Shown: piece after piece, positions 63,793 through 64,000 of the stretch | How positions within the stretch are numbered: position 1 is the first letter of the stretch | Layout of the letters: every line of letters begins with the position of its first letter | NCBI GenBank assembly: GCA_963719315.1 | Contig: CAVRBU010000005.1 | Location: 64,001 to 128,000 of the forward strand | From: an uncultured Planctomycetota bacterium | Lineage (GTDB): Bacteria > Planctomycetota > Planctomycetia > Pirellulales > Lacipirellulaceae | DNA length: 64,000 nucleotides | Direction: 5' to 3' | Program-made: the position numbers and the translations under genes | The notes under the pieces: generated by a model | What the model was told of the DNA's origin: nothing | Seen by the model: the letters and a program-made list of their open reading frames with translations, nothing else | The model's database searches: none

Positions 63793-64000
63793 TTAAGCTT
63801 GTCTCTTCACCATTCGTACGCGAATCGGCATTTTGTGGGCGAGGCGAGCCAGGCAAATCTTTGCCGAGGCCTCAGCCACGCCGCCCAATTCGTACAAAAT
63901 CGTGCCCGGCCGGATCACGGCCGCCCAGTACTCAGGTTCGCCCTTGCCCTTGCCCATGCGGGTTTCGAGCGGGATCGAAGTGATCGACTTGTGGGGGAAC
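63793..64000 (-). CDS. rplP: 50S ribosomal protein L16, C-terminal part
   Basis: Hand translation FPHKSITSIPLETRMGKGKGEPEYWAAV...HKMP. Confidence 0.95.
   Translation of the reverse strand, partial: FPHKSITSIPLETRMGKGKGEPEYWAAVIRPGTILYELGGVAEASAKICLARLAHKMPIRVRMVKRQA

Larger units (their letters stand above)
53400..63795. repeat. Intergenic hairpins made of inverted tandem 7-mer arrays (11 spacers)
   Basis: Approx. 53400-53466, 54097-54182, 56969-57025, 59996-60083, 60627-60705, 61118-61203, 61416-61506, 62571-62653, 63029-63105, 63431-63501, 63717-63792. Confidence 0.85.

Noticed and set aside
53400..63795. CRISPR arrays
   Set aside because: Repeats are 7-mers in inverted arrangement without unique spacers; no cas genes

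Overview
Planctomycete (Pirellulales-like) chromosomal segment, inferred from DUF1559 genes, PEP-CTERM proteins with dockerin-like repeats, an LEDR-type extracellular motif and the missing rpmD. Left (1-12.8 kb): a putative beta-1,2-glucan utilisation locus with a GPH transporter, GH94, GH1, two GH144/SGL-clan-like proteins, a DUF1559 gene and PEP-CTERM proteins. Three copies of a LacI-type operator tie it together. 13-21 kb: a sigma54-preceded PEP-CTERM cluster, then a CxxC/RGPP (DUF2946/CruR-like) leader ORF before a second DUF1559 gene. 21-50 kb: mixed housekeeping and accessory genes (CaCA antiporter, N-terminally truncated sigma54 activator, bioF, ECF/anti-sigma, ilvB, obg, rpmA, fba, large secreted protein, IS5). 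51.7-64 kb: the S10-spc-alpha ribosomal cluster, where most spacers hold hairpins built from inverted 7-mer arrays. About eight genes are frameshifted, including essential rplF, so assembly indel errors are likely. All family calls come from motif recognition by eye, not database searches.
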